From the NCBI GenBank assembly GCA_964564245.1, contig CAZMAK010000004.1, forward strand, positions 831 to 64,830: a DNA stretch of 64,000 bases, in the 5' to 3' direction. The notes under the pieces were generated by a model. It saw nothing but the letters and a program-made list of their open reading frames with translations, had not been told where the DNA came from and did no database searches. A program made the position numbers and the translations under genes. Positions 9,115 through 18,688 of the stretch are shown here, piece after piece. The stretch's first letter is position 1, and every line of letters starts with the position of its first letter. Origin of the DNA: an uncultured Ectothiorhodospiraceae bacterium (GTDB taxonomy: Bacteria > Pseudomonadota > Gammaproteobacteria > UBA9214).

Positions 9115-10089
9115 ATGGAAAATGATGGCCTGATCTGCGCGTGGTTGCTGGATGGCAAGGGTACCGGCCGGCAGCTGGACTGGGATGACCTGCCGGTGGT
9201 GCAGCCGGCCAATGGCGAGCTTCACTGGGTTCACCTGGATTACACCAGTCCGCGCGTGCAGGACTGGCTGTACCGGCAGAGTGGCTTGTCCGAGCTGACC
9301 GTGGCGGCACTGACCCAGACGGAAACCCGGCCGCGCGTGGTACCGGCCGATGGCGGTCTCATGGTGTTCCTGCGCGGCGTCAATCTGAATCCAGGCGCGG
9401 AACCGGATGACATGGTCAGTGTTCGTCTCTGGGTGGGCGCACACCGGGTCATCTCGCTGCGCCAGCGCCGCCTGATGTCCGTGGACGACCTGCGGGCGGC
9501 GCTGGCCGCCCGCATGGGGCCTTGCAACAGCGGGGAATTTATCGCCATGCTGGTGGACGGGCTGCTGAGTCGCATCGACCACGTGGTCGAGGTGATCTAC
9601 GGGCACATCGATGCGCTGGAGGAGCCGCGGCAGCTGGAGTCGATCCCGGTACAGCGCAAGCAACTGGCCGAGATCCGGCGCCAGGCGATCGCGCTGCGCC
9701 GTTTCCTGGCGCCGCAGCGCGAGGCGCTCAACCGGCTCGCGGCCGATACCTCGCCGTTGCTCAGTGAACAGGACCGCCTGCAGTTGCGCGAGGAATACGA
9801 CCGCCAGACCCGCATCGTGGAGGACCTCGACGCGGCACGCGAGCGTGCCGCCGTCGCACAGGAGTCGCTGGCCAGCCAGATGGCGGAGCAGACCAACCAG
9901 CGCATGTTCCTGCTGTCGATCATCGCCGCGATCTTCCTGCCGCTGTCCTTCCTGACCGGACTCCTGGGTATCAACGTGGGCGGTATCCCGGGCGCGGAAA
10001 ACCCGTTTGCCTTCACCCTGGTGGTGATCGGGCTGGTGGGTGTCGGGGTGGCGCTGTGGTATTACTTCCACAGCCGGGACTGGGTATGA
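9115..10089 (+). CDS. zntB: CorA-superfamily zinc transporter ZntB
   Basis: The C-terminal FLPLSFLTGLLGINVGGIPG motif matches the E. coli ZntB signature (GVNLGGIPG), followed by the last TM helix. Confidence 0.75.
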   Translation: MENDGLICAWLLDGKGTGRQLDWDDLPVVQPANGELHWVHLDYTSPRVQDWLYRQSGLSELTVAALTQTETRPRVVPADGGLMVFLRGVNLNPGAEPDDMVSVRLWVGAHRVISLRQRRLMSVDDLRAALAARMGPCNSGEFIAMLVDGLLSRIDHVVEVIYGHIDALEEPRQLESIPVQRKQLAEIRRQAIALRRFLAPQREALNRLAADTSPLLSEQDRLQLREEYDRQTRIVEDLDAARERAAVAQESLASQMAEQTNQRMFLLSIIAAIFLPLSFLTGLLGINVGGIPGAENPFAFTLVVIGLVGVGVALWYYFHSRDWV

Positions 10090-10117
10090 GAGGCGGGTTG
10101 CCTGACCGTGGCCGGCA

Positions 10118-10615
10118 TTGTCCGGCAGGAATTTCATGAGCGACATTGATACCGCGCACACGGTCGTCGGCTGGCGGGAATGGGTGGGATTGCCTGGCCT
10201 GAAGATCCAGCGGATCAAGGCCAAGATCGATACCGGTGCCCGCACCTCTACGTTGCACGCGTTCTACATAGAACCGTTCGAGCGGGACGGTGTCCGCTGG
10301 GTGCGCTTCGGCATCCATCCATTGCAGGGCAGGGAAGACCGGATTGTGGAATGTGAGGCACCGGTCGCCGATCGGCGGGAAGTGTCCGATTCCGGTGGCC
10401 ATTGCGAGCAACGCTATGTCATCGAGACCGATGTCTGTATCGGCACCGGGTGCTGGACGGTCGAAGTCACGCTGACCAATCGCGATACCATGCGGTTTCG
10501 CATGTTGCTGGGCCGGACCGCCATGTGCGGCCGATTACTGGTCGATCCGGATGCCTCCTACCTGGTTGGTAAACCCAGGCCGGCAGATCCAGAAATTATC
10601 GGAGAAGACTTATGA
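10118..10615 (+). CDS. Retropepsin-like / 'putative ATP-dependent zinc protease' family protein (DUF785, RimB-like)
   Basis: VGWREWV...[15 protein letters not shown]...[16 protein letters not shown] pattern typical of the family encoded upstream of rimK. Its stop overlaps the rimK start (ATGA). Confidence 0.7.
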   Translation: MSGRNFMSDIDTAHTVVGWREWVGLPGLKIQRIKAKIDTGARTSTLHAFYIEPFERDGVRWVRFGIHPLQGREDRIVECEAPVADRREVSDSGGHCEQRYVIETDVCIGTGCWTVEVTLTNRDTMRFRMLLGRTAMCGRLLVDPDASYLVGKPRPADPEIIGEDL

Positions 10616-11517
10616 AAATCGCCATCCTGTCCCGCAATACCCGGCTGTATTCCACCCGGCGGCTGATCGAGGCAGCGAAGCAGCGTGGCCATGAAGTGCG
10701 GGTATTCGACACGCTCAAGTGCTACATGGATATTGTGTCGTTACATCCGACCATTCATTACAAGGGCGAGCAGCTGGACAAGTTCGACGCGGTGATCCCG
10801 CGCATCGGGACTTCCGTCACCTTCTACGGCGCCGCGGTACTGCGCCAGTTCGAGGTGATGGGTACCTGGCCGCTGAACGAATCGGTGGCGATCACCCGCT
10901 CGCGGGACAAGCTGCGCTCACTGCAGATCATGGCGCGTGCCGGTATCGGCCTGCCGCTGACCGGCTTTGCCAACTCACCGGATGATACCCGTGACCTGAT
11001 CAAGCTGGTCGGCGGTGCGCCGCTGGTGGTAAAGCTGCTGGAGGGAACCCAGGGCAAGGGTATTGTACTGGCGGAAACCTACAAGGCGGCGGAGAGCCTG
11101 ATCGATGCGTTCCGCGACCTGAAGGCCAACTTCCTGGTACAGGAGTTTATCAAGGAGGCGGGTGGCTCGGACATCCGTGCCTTCGTCGTCGGCGAGAAGG
11201 TGGTGGCCGCGATGATGCGCACGGCCAAGGAGGGTGAATTCCGTTCCAACCTGCACCGTGGCGGCAGCGCCAGCGTGGTCAAGCTGACCCCGAAGGAGCG
11301 CAGCACGGCTGTCAGGGCGGCGCGCCAGATGGGGCTGAATGTCGCCGGCGTCGACCTGTTGCGCTCCCATCGCGGCCCGGTAGTCATGGAGGTGAATTCC
11401 TCGCCCGGGCTGGAAGGCATCGAGGCGGCGACCGGCAAGGATGTCGCCGGCATGATGGTCGAGTTTATCGAGAAAAACGCAAAACCCAACAGGACCCGGA
11501 CCCGTGGCAAAGGCTAG
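10612..11517 (+). CDS. rimK: Ribosomal protein S6 L-glutamate ligase RimK (ATP-grasp)
   Basis: MKIAILSRN...[13 protein letters not shown] and ATP-grasp motifs throughout; strong resemblance to E. coli RimK. Confidence 0.9.
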   Translation: MKIAILSRNTRLYSTRRLIEAAKQRGHEVRVFDTLKCYMDIVSLHPTIHYKGEQLDKFDAVIPRIGTSVTFYGAAVLRQFEVMGTWPLNESVAITRSRDKLRSLQIMARAGIGLPLTGFANSPDDTRDLIKLVGGAPLVVKLLEGTQGKGIVLAETYKAAESLIDAFRDLKANFLVQEFIKEAGGSDIRAFVVGEKVVAAMMRTAKEGEFRSNLHRGGSASVVKLTPKERSTAVRAARQMGLNVAGVDLLRSHRGPVVMEVNSSPGLEGIEAATGKDVAGMMVEFIEKNAKPNRTRTRGKG

Positions 11518-12550
11518 AACCAATCATACGGTAAGTTTCGGCGGCACCACCGTGGCGCCGGGGCAGCGTGCAATCATCAACCTGCCGCTGGCAAGGCTCT
11601 ATACCTATGATGACCTGTCCATGCCCGTGGAGGTGATCAACGGCCGCCAGGCCGGTCCCTGCCTGTTTGTCAGTGCGGCGATTCACGGCGATGAACTGAA
11701 CGGCGTGGAGATCATCCGGCGCCTGCTGCGTCATTCGGCCATGCGCCGCCTGCGCGGGACGCTGGTCGCCGTCCCGGTGGTGAACGTGCACGGTTTCCTG
11801 CACCGTTCGCGTTACCTGCCGGACCGGCGTGACCTGAATCGCAGTTTTCCCGGTACCGAGCGCGGTTCCCTGGCAGGGCGGATCGCCAACCTGTTCATGC
11901 GCGAGATCGTGGCCCACTGCACGCACGGTATCGACCTGCATACCGGGGCGGTGCACCGGGAGAACCTGCCACAGATCCGTGCCGATCTGGACGATCCGAC
12001 AACCGCCTGGCTGGCCAATGCCTTCGGCGTGCCGGTACTGATCAACGCCACCCTGCGGGACGGTTCACTGCGCGAGGCGGCGATGGAATCGGGCATACCC
12101 ATGTTGCTGTACGAAGGCGGTGAGGCCCTGCGCTTTGACGAGGTGTCGATCCGTGCCGGGTTGCGCGGGGTGCTGAACGTCTTGCGCGTACTCGGCATGC
12201 TGCCCGTTGTGCGCAGCGCGCAACGCACGCCGGCACCGGTCGTCGCGCGCAGTTCCAGCTGGGTGCGCGCGCCGGAAAGCGGAGTGCTGCGCTCCGCGCT
12301 GCGACTGGGGACACGCGTCCACAAGGGCCAGACACTGGGCATCATTACCGCACCGCTGATGGACATGGAATGCAAGGTGGTTGCACCGGCCGGCGGGATA
12401 CTGATCGGCCAGACCCGCCTGCCGCTGGTGCATGAGGGCGAAGCACTGTTTCACGTTGCCCGCTTCACGAGCAACGACTCGGTGGCGGAGCAGGTCGAGG
12501 CACTGCACGAATCGCTGGCACCGGCGCAGCCGGAAGACGAGGTGATCTGA
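11504..12550 (+). CDS. Succinylglutamate desuccinylase/aspartoacylase (AstE/AspA, M14-like zinc deacylase) family protein
   Basis: Zinc motif [10 protein letters not shown] and family-typical length. Overlaps the rimK 3' end by 14 nt. Confidence 0.8.
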   Translation: MAKARTNHTVSFGGTTVAPGQRAIINLPLARLYTYDDLSMPVEVINGRQAGPCLFVSAAIHGDELNGVEIIRRLLRHSAMRRLRGTLVAVPVVNVHGFLHRSRYLPDRRDLNRSFPGTERGSLAGRIANLFMREIVAHCTHGIDLHTGAVHRENLPQIRADLDDPTTAWLANAFGVPVLINATLRDGSLREAAMESGIPMLLYEGGEALRFDEVSIRAGLRGVLNVLRVLGMLPVVRSAQRTPAPVVARSSSWVRAPESGVLRSALRLGTRVHKGQTLGIITAPLMDMECKVVAPAGGILIGQTRLPLVHEGEALFHVARFTSNDSVAEQVEALHESLAPAQPEDEVI

Positions 12551-12551
12551 A

Positions 12552-14819
12552 ATGGATATGCGGAAGGTGATTGTCCTGCTGTTGCTGCTGGCCGGCCTGG
12601 TTCCGGTATATGCGGCGGATGGCGACACCGTTCCGGACTGGGTAGGGCCGGCACGCGAGCGCCTGGCCGAGATCGGGCGGCACCTGGGCGACGCCGAGCC
12701 GAGACAACTGGCCCATCGTCACTTCTCCGCCTACAAGGACAGCATCCTGCAGTTTCGCAGCAAGGCACGCGATTGCGTGGCGGCACAAGCCGCGAGCATC
12801 GATTCCACCACCAAACGCATCGAGGCGCTTGGCGACCCCGGCGCCGGCGAGACCGCCGAGGTCGCCCATCTGCGCCGCGACCTGGAACACCAGTTGCAAC
12901 AGGCCACTGGACGCCGTGCGGAATGCGAGCAGGTCACTCAACAGGGCCAGGACCTGTTCGATCAGATCATCGAGCTGGAGAAGGAGGCACTGACAGCGCA
13001 CCTCTTTACCCGGCAGCAGCCGACCTGGCAGGTTCTGGATGTCGTCATCAAGGACCCGGCGGCCTGGTCGCGCCTGGTCACCGGCCTGCTGGCGGCCGGC
13101 AGCGGCTGGGACCGACTGAATAACCTGTTGCGCGGCCTGACCATCGGACTGGTCGTATTGCTGTTTTTCTCCGGGCTGATGCTGCGTCGTTTCTGGCAGT
13201 CGCGCGCGTTGCAGACGGATCTCGCACGCAGCGTGGTATCAGTGCTGCCCGCGGTCCTGCCGGCCGGCGGCGCCTTCCTGTGGTTCACCGCGCTGTTGCC
13301 GGAATGGCCGCCGGTCCTCATTGCCAGTGTCGCACTGGCCGTGGTGGTGTGGCTGTGCGCCGGCGTGATCGTCGACACCTGGCTGAGCGGGCGGATCCGC
13401 AACGGCATGGACACGCATGATGCCGTCGTGCTGGGTCGCTGGGTACGCACCCTCTCGGCGCTGTTCCTGTCCGGCTGGCTGCTGTTGTCGGCCGACGCCG
13501 TGATCGGCCTGCCGGATACCCACTACATCTTCCTGCGCAGCGTGCTGGTCTGGCTGATGGCGCTTGGCCTGGTCTGGTCAGGCGTGATCCTCGGCCGGGT
13601 GCCGGGCCTGGCCGGCACCCGTGGTGTGCGCGTGCTCAACTTCGTGTCGATGCTGACCATCGCCCTGTCCGAGACACTGGGTTACCGGAACCTGTCGGAG
13701 TACCTGCTGGTCGGGCTGGCCGGCACCGCCGCGGGTTTTATCGCCTTCAGCGCCATCAGCCGGATGTTCACCCGCATCTATGACGGCCTCGATGAGGGCA
13801 AGCATCGCTGGCAGCGCGGCATCCGCAAGTGGCTGGACCTCAAGCCGGAAGAAAAGGTCCCCGGCCTGATCTGGGCGCGGCTGGTGACCGGGCTGGTCGT
13901 GTGGTCATCCTTCCTGCTCTGGGTGTTGTGGACATGGGGTCTTTCCGACCAGGGCGTGAGCCTGGTGATCGACCGGGTCGCCAACGGCTTTGAACTCGGT
14001 TCCCTGCATGTTGCGCCGGCGCAGTTGCTGGCCGGCATCGCGGTGCTCGCCGTCGGTATGAGCCTGTCACGCTGGCTGAAACTCAAGGTGGTGCCGGAGC
14101 TGGTACGTCGCACCAGTCTCGATCGTGGCGGACGCGAGGCAATCATCACCATCAGTGGCTACGCCGGTGTGCTGCTGACCCTGCTGGTCGCTCTCGGTGT
14201 GGCCGGGTTCAGCTATTCCAATCTTGCGCTGATTGCCGGAGCGTTATCGGTAGGTATCGGTTTTGGCCTGCAGAATGTCGTCAACAATTTTGTCTCGGGC
14301 CTGATCCTGCTGTTTGAGCGGCCGGTGCGCACCGGCGACTGGGTGGTGGTGGGCGACACCCAGGGCTACGTGCGCAAGATCAGTATCCGCTCAACCCAGA
14401 TCGAGACCTTTGACCGCGCCGATGTGATCGTGCCGAACTCGGAGCTGATTTCCAACAAGGTGTCGAACCTGATGCTGAACGATCCGTGGGGGCGTGTCAC
14501 GGTACCGATCGGCGTAGCCTACGGCTCCGATGTGCAACGGGTCATGGATCTGCTGCTGGAGATCGCCGGCAATCATCCGCTGGTACTGAAAAACCAGCCA
14601 GGGGTGCAACCACCGATGGTGTTGTTCCGGTCCTTCGGGGACAGTGCGCTGCTGTTCGAGTTGCGCTGTTTTATCCGCAATATCGATCGCAAGCTGTTCA
14701 CGATCAGCGAGTTGAATATCGCCATCGACAGGGCTTTCCGCGAGGCCGGGATAACCATCCCGTTCCCGCAGCAGGACGTGTACCTGCATACCACGCCGGG
14801 TAGTGCACCGCCGCAGTAG
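12552..14819 (+). CDS. MscS-family mechanosensitive channel, MscK/KefA-like (755 aa)
   Basis: Signal peptide, periplasmic coiled-coil region, multiple TM helices and a C-terminal MscS core (GLQNVVNNFVSGLILLFERPVRTGDWV). Confidence 0.85.
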   Translation: MDMRKVIVLLLLLAGLVPVYAADGDTVPDWVGPARERLAEIGRHLGDAEPRQLAHRHFSAYKDSILQFRSKARDCVAAQAASIDSTTKRIEALGDPGAGETAEVAHLRRDLEHQLQQATGRRAECEQVTQQGQDLFDQIIELEKEALTAHLFTRQQPTWQVLDVVIKDPAAWSRLVTGLLAAGSGWDRLNNLLRGLTIGLVVLLFFSGLMLRRFWQSRALQTDLARSVVSVLPAVLPAGGAFLWFTALLPEWPPVLIASVALAVVVWLCAGVIVDTWLSGRIRNGMDTHDAVVLGRWVRTLSALFLSGWLLLSADAVIGLPDTHYIFLRSVLVWLMALGLVWSGVILGRVPGLAGTRGVRVLNFVSMLTIALSETLGYRNLSEYLLVGLAGTAAGFIAFSAISRMFTRIYDGLDEGKHRWQRGIRKWLDLKPEEKVPGLIWARLVTGLVVWSSFLLWVLWTWGLSDQGVSLVIDRVANGFELGSLHVAPAQLLAGIAVLAVGMSLSRWLKLKVVPELVRRTSLDRGGREAIITISGYAGVLLTLLVALGVAGFSYSNLALIAGALSVGIGFGLQNVVNNFVSGLILLFERPVRTGDWVVVGDTQGYVRKISIRSTQIETFDRADVIVPNSELISNKVSNLMLNDPWGRVTVPIGVAYGSDVQRVMDLLLEIAGNHPLVLKNQPGVQPPMVLFRSFGDSALLFELRCFIRNIDRKLFTISELNIAIDRAFREAGITIPFPQQDVYLHTTPGSAPPQ

Positions 14820-14825
14820 TGTGCG

Positions 14826-15041
14826 CTATTTCTTCGGATCGTCCAGGTAGACGATCCGCACCCTGAGGCTGTCCAGCCGGCGATCCGGCCGGTGACTCCG
14901 GTTGAACGGCACCACGCAGCCATGCCGGTCCGTCAACGGGAATCCGCTGATTCGCTGAAAGCGTCGTCGGTCCCGGTCACTCCGTTTGATAAAGGTCATG
15001 TGTCTGTACCGTGCTGCATAACCGTAATCCTGAAAGGTCAT
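14826..15041 (-). CDS. Hypothetical small basic protein with repeated DRR motifs (71 aa; alternative start at 14999)
   Basis: ORF only. Third-position GC is fairly high, but there is no convincing RBS and no recognised domain. The first ATG sits inside a 22-nt palindrome. Confidence 0.3.
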   Translation of the reverse strand: MTFQDYGYAARYRHMTFIKRSDRDRRRFQRISGFPLTDRHGCVVPFNRSHRPDRRLDSLRVRIVYLDDPKK

Positions 15042-15060
15042 TCCCGCCGGGGCGGGAATG
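15039..15060. repeat. Perfect 22-nt palindrome CATTCCCGCCGGGGCGGGAATG
   Basis: Read directly: CATTCCCGCC is the reverse complement of GGCGGGAATG. No flanking T-run on either strand. Confidence 0.8.
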
Positions 15061-15379
15061 AAAGGCGGTTTCAGGGGCTCCCCGTTCTATTCTCCCTTGC
15101 CCTTCTGTGTGCAAGAGGAGTGGCTTGTTCTTGTTAGGGTTGCCACTGGAAACAGAATAGGGGTACGGGCAGGGCCAGTATATTGTTCTTAGGTCCAGCG
15201 CGGGTGTGTGATCTGGTACCTTGGTACAGGTGGCCGGTGATGCGTTCCTGCAGGTAACGATCCTTCATCGCGGTCGACAACGAGTGGGCCGAATGCCATC
15301 GCGCGAACAACGGCAGCTTCGACCCCGTCGAGCGGCCGGGTTACATCCGTTCGGTGTCCTTCAGCAGGAACATCACCCG

Positions 15380-15613
15380 GTGCGGCCGTATCCCGTCGCG
15401 GTGACCCGTCACTTCAACGGCCAGGTCCTGCTGGTGCATTGCGATTCGTACAACTTCAGGATTGACAAGGCGATGGTTGACGGCGATGGCCGGATTACCC
15501 CGAACTTCACGCGCGTCGGGCTATTCGGCAGTGCGGACCACAGCTGGATCGAGATGACAGTGGACCCGTCTTACGGGAGCGTATTCTCGCCCCAGCCGGC
15601 CATCCTGCAATAA
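15380..15613 (+). CDS. Hypothetical protein (77 aa from GTG 15380; ORF track 15221..15613)
   Basis: Third-position GC is high only in the 3' two-thirds of the ORF. AGGAA lies 9 nt upstream of an in-frame GTG. No recognisable domain. Confidence 0.3.
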   Translation: MRPYPVAVTRHFNGQVLLVHCDSYNFRIDKAMVDGDGRITPNFTRVGLFGSADHSWIEMTVDPSYGSVFSPQPAILQ

Positions 15614-15806
15614 CCCCGCGGGGACGGTAACTGACTGCGATCCCGCGCAGCGGTCACTGTCCTGTTATATTCCGTCCGAACGAACCCCGGTCCACCCGCT
15701 CCGGTCTCCTCCCAACCTCGTTCTGCCACGACCTGCTCCGGGCAGCGGACCGGTTTTCGCTGCCGGCAGCCCCGGATTACCCGGTTGTTCCCGTGCTCCA
15801 AGGCAG

Positions 15807-15835
15807 TTAAAAAAAACCCCGCAACCCCCTATAAT
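15807..15835 (+). promoter_or_regulatory. Candidate sigma70 promoter of ffs (-10 TATAAT at 15830-15835, weak -35 TTAAAA)
   Basis: Perfect TATAAT about 15 nt upstream of the predicted SRP RNA 5' end, with an A-rich upstream tract. Confidence 0.4.
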
Positions 15836-15849
15836 GGGCCATCGACTAT

Positions 15850-15962
15850 GGTGGCTTGTACCGGTCCCCTCGCGACGATAAGCTGTGAACCCCGTCAGGC
15901 CCGGAAGGGAGCAGCGGCAGCAGTGGACTCGGGCGCCGGGGTGTGGCTGGTGCAGGTCACCT
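15850..15962 (+). ncRNA. ffs: Signal recognition particle RNA (4.5S RNA)
   Basis: Contains the conserved domain IV core GTCAGGCCCGGAAGGGAGCAGC (E. coli: GUCAGGUCCGGAAGGAAGCAGCC). The 5' GGTGGCTTGTACCGG pairs with the 3' CTGGTGCAGGTCACC. It lies immediately upstream of dnaX. Ends are approximate to within a few nt. Confidence 0.85.
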
Positions 15963-15999
15963 CCCTGACATCCCGTAACCACCGACTTGACAGGCGCAC

Positions 16000-17577
16000 A
16001 TGAGTTACCAGGTGCTGGCGCGCAAATGGCGCCCCCGCAACTTCGCAGAACTGGTCGGACAGGAGCACGTACGGCAGGCGCTGGTCAATGCGCTGGACAA
16101 TGACCGCCTGCACCACGCGTACCTGTTCACCGGCACCCGTGGCGTCGGCAAGACCACCATCGCGCGCATTCTGGCCCGGTCGCTGAACTGCGAAACCGGC
16201 GTCACCTCGCAGCCGTGCGGGGAGTGCAGTGCCTGCCGCGAGATCAGCGAAGGGCGTTTCGTCGACCTGGTCGAGGTGGATGCCGCCTCGCGCACCAAGG
16301 TGGAGGATACCCGCGAACTGCTCGAAAACGTGCAGTACGCACCCACGCGCGGGCGCTACAAGGTCTACCTGATCGACGAGGTGCACATGCTGTCCGGGCA
16401 CAGTTTCAATGCCCTGCTGAAAACGCTGGAAGAGCCTCCGCCGCACGTGAAATTCCTGCTGGCCACCACCGACCCGCAGAAGCTGCCGGTCACCGTGCTG
16501 TCGCGCTGCCTGCAGTTCAACCTCAAGAGCCTGACGCCGGGCCAGATTGCCGGCCAGCTGGAGATGATCCTGCGCGCGGAGGGCGTCACGGCCGATGCTG
16601 GCGCCGTCCGTCAACTCGCCCTGGCCGCCGGCGGCAGCATGCGGGATGCCCTCAGCCTGCTCGACCAGGCTATCGCCTTCTGTAACGGACACCCGAGCGA
16701 GGCGGGCGTGCGCAGCATGCTGGGCGCCATCGACCGCGACGTGGTCGCCCGGTTGCTGGATACCCTGACGGCCGGGGACGCGGCGGCGTTGCTCGCCGAG
16801 GTGGCCGCCGCCGATGATTTCGCCCCCGACTATGCCGTGCTGCTGGCCGACCTGCTGTCCCTGCTGCAACGTATCGCGGTGGCACAGGCCGTGCCGGACG
16901 CCATCGACGACTCCCTGGCCGACCGCGCTACGGTCCTGCGCCTGGCCGGGCACCTGCCGGCCGAGGACGTGCAGCTGTTTTACCAGATCGGGCTGATCGG
17001 CCGCCGCGACCTGGCGCTGGCGCCCGACCCGCGCGGTGGCTTCGAAATGGTGCTGCTGCGCATGCTCGCATTCCGGCCCGACACCGAGACCCGGCCGGCC
17101 GCTCCCGGCCATGAGCGGGCAGCGCCCGCGCCCGCCACACCGGAGCGCGTGCCGGCGGCGGAAATGCCCGCGACCGCACCGGCGGCGGCAGCGGTCAACC
17201 CCGACTGGAACGCGCTGGTTGATGCCCTGCCGCTGAAGGGTATGGTGCGGGAAATGGCCCTGAACTGTGCGTTTCACGGGATCGAGGATGACCGTGTCCG
17301 CCTGTCGATGGAAAACGCACACGCGCACCTGCTGAGTCCCGCGCGCCTGCAACAGCTGGAGGCGGCGCTGTGTACCCATCTTGCGCGCAAGCTCAGCGTG
17401 CAGCTGACGCGCGAGGAGCGCCTGAGCACGGAGTCGCCGGCACAGCGCCAGCAGCGCGAGCAGCAGGAACGGCAGCAGCGCGCGGTCGAATCGATCGCCG
17501 GCGACGCCACGATCAAGGCCATGCAGGATACCTTTGGTGCGACCGTGTTCGAGGATTCGATCCGGCCGCGGGATTGA
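16000..17577 (+). CDS. dnaX: DNA polymerase III subunit tau/gamma
   Basis: [24 protein letters not shown]..., Walker [10 protein letters not shown] and the zinc module [10 protein letters not shown]. Confidence 0.9.
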   Translation: MSYQVLARKWRPRNFAELVGQEHVRQALVNALDNDRLHHAYLFTGTRGVGKTTIARILARSLNCETGVTSQPCGECSACREISEGRFVDLVEVDAASRTKVEDTRELLENVQYAPTRGRYKVYLIDEVHMLSGHSFNALLKTLEEPPPHVKFLLATTDPQKLPVTVLSRCLQFNLKSLTPGQIAGQLEMILRAEGVTADAGAVRQLALAAGGSMRDALSLLDQAIAFCNGHPSEAGVRSMLGAIDRDVVARLLDTLTAGDAAALLAEVAAADDFAPDYAVLLADLLSLLQRIAVAQAVPDAIDDSLADRATVLRLAGHLPAEDVQLFYQIGLIGRRDLALAPDPRGGFEMVLLRMLAFRPDTETRPAAPGHERAAPAPATPERVPAAEMPATAPAAAAVNPDWNALVDALPLKGMVREMALNCAFHGIEDDRVRLSMENAHAHLLSPARLQQLEAALCTHLARKLSVQLTREERLSTESPAQRQQREQQERQQRAVESIAGDATIKAMQDTFGATVFEDSIRPRD

Positions 17578-17630
17578 AAATGGTGCGCGCAGGGTGCTGC
17601 ACACGATACATGTCAGTTGAGGGGAACGCG

Positions 17631-17954
17631 ATGAAAGGTGGATTGGGCAATCTGATGAAACAGGCGCAGGAAATGCAGGCCAGCATGCAGCGTGCGCAGG
17701 AGGAACTGGCGAACATGGAGGTTACCGGCGAGGCCGGTGGCGGACTGGTCAAGGTCACCATGACCGGTCGCCACGAGGTGCGCCGGGTCAGTATCGATGA
17801 CAGCCTGGTCGGTGATGACAAGGACATGCTGGAAGACCTGGTGGCCGCTGCCATCAACGATGCCACGCATCGCATCGAGTCGGCCACGAAGGAGCGCATG
17901 ACCGGTCTGACCGCCGGGCTCAATCTGCCACCCGGCATGAAGCTGCCGTTCTGA
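17631..17954 (+). CDS. ybaB: Nucleoid-associated protein YbaB/EbfC
   Basis: [16 protein letters not shown]... is typical. GAGGGGA RBS. The longer track ORF 17370..17954 overlaps dnaX and was trimmed. Confidence 0.9.
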   Translation: MKGGLGNLMKQAQEMQASMQRAQEELANMEVTGEAGGGLVKVTMTGRHEVRRVSIDDSLVGDDKDMLEDLVAAAINDATHRIESATKERMTGLTAGLNLPPGMKLPF

Positions 17955-17964
17955 TCCCGTCGCG

Positions 17965-18561
17965 ATGACGACCTCGCGCCTGATCGGGCAACTGATCGAG
18001 AACCTGCGTTGCCTGCCGGGCGTGGGACCGAAATCGGCCCAGCGCATGGCGTTTCACCTGCTCGAGCACAACCGCGATGCCGGCCGGCGGCTGGCCGAGG
18101 CGTTGACACTGGCAATGGACCGGGTCGGTAACTGTGCGGTGTGCCGCACACTCAGTGAAGAACCGGTCTGCACGCTATGTGCCAGCGACCGGCGCGATGC
18201 CGGGCTGTTGTGCGTGGTGGAAACCCCCGCCGATGTGCAGGCGCTGGAGCAGTCGACCGGCTTCACCGGCCGCTATTTCGTGCTGATGGGGCACCTGTCG
18301 CCGCTGGACGGCATCGGTCCCGATCAACTGGGGCTGGAGTTGCTGGAGTCCCGGCTGGCCGGTGGCGAGGTGAAGGAACTGATCCTGGCCACCAACCCGA
18401 CCGTGGAGGGCGAGGCCACCGCACACTTCATCAGCGAGCTGGCGCGCACGCACGGGGTACGCACCACGCGGATCGCGCACGGTGTGCCCATGGGCGGCGA
18501 ACTGGAATACATCGACGGTGGCACCCTGTCGCACGCCTTTGCCGGGCGGCGGGAGATCTGA
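17965..18561 (+). CDS. recR: Recombination protein RecR
   Basis: HhH motif ([14 protein letters not shown]), C4 zinc finger ([16 protein letters not shown]) and Toprim domain. Confidence 0.9.
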   Translation: MTTSRLIGQLIENLRCLPGVGPKSAQRMAFHLLEHNRDAGRRLAEALTLAMDRVGNCAVCRTLSEEPVCTLCASDRRDAGLLCVVETPADVQALEQSTGFTGRYFVLMGHLSPLDGIGPDQLGLELLESRLAGGEVKELILATNPTVEGEATAHFISELARTHGVRTTRIAHGVPMGGELEYIDGGTLSHAFAGRREI

Positions 18562-18586
18562 TGAAACCTTTGGTAACGGCTTCATG

Positions 18587-18653
18587 CCACGGAACCACAC
18601 GGAAGGTCACGGAATATTCACGAAACAATTTTCGTCGCCGGTGGGTTCCGTGG
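18587..18653. repeat. Four phased direct heptamers (CACGGAA x3 and CACGAAA, spaced 10/10/11 bp) enclosed by a perfect 10-bp inverted repeat CCACGGAACC / GGTTCCGTGG
   Basis: Read directly. Heptamers are at 18588, 18598, 18608 and 18619. Inner hairpin ACGAAA-caat-TTTCGT is at 18620-18635; the outer arms are 18587-18596 and 18644-18653. Confidence 0.75.
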
Positions 18654-18688
18654 CCATTGATTCATTTCACACAGTACGAGGTCTGACG

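Noticed and set aside
14820-15849. Mobile element or integrated island in the gene-poor segment
   Set aside because: No integrase or transposase-like translation appears in any frame, there is no adjacent tRNA/tmRNA, and I could find no flanking direct repeats. It is kept only as an unexplained region.
16000-17577. Programmed -1 frameshift site for a gamma subunit in dnaX
   Set aside because: I found no A AAA AAG-type slippery heptamer, and no A6 run at all, in the gene. Nothing in the sequence supports frameshifting.
15895-17604. 569-aa minus-strand ORF opposite dnaX and part of ffs
   Set aside because: It is antisense to an unambiguous dnaX. The translation is Arg/Gly/Gln-rich with no motifs, so it is a shadow ORF.
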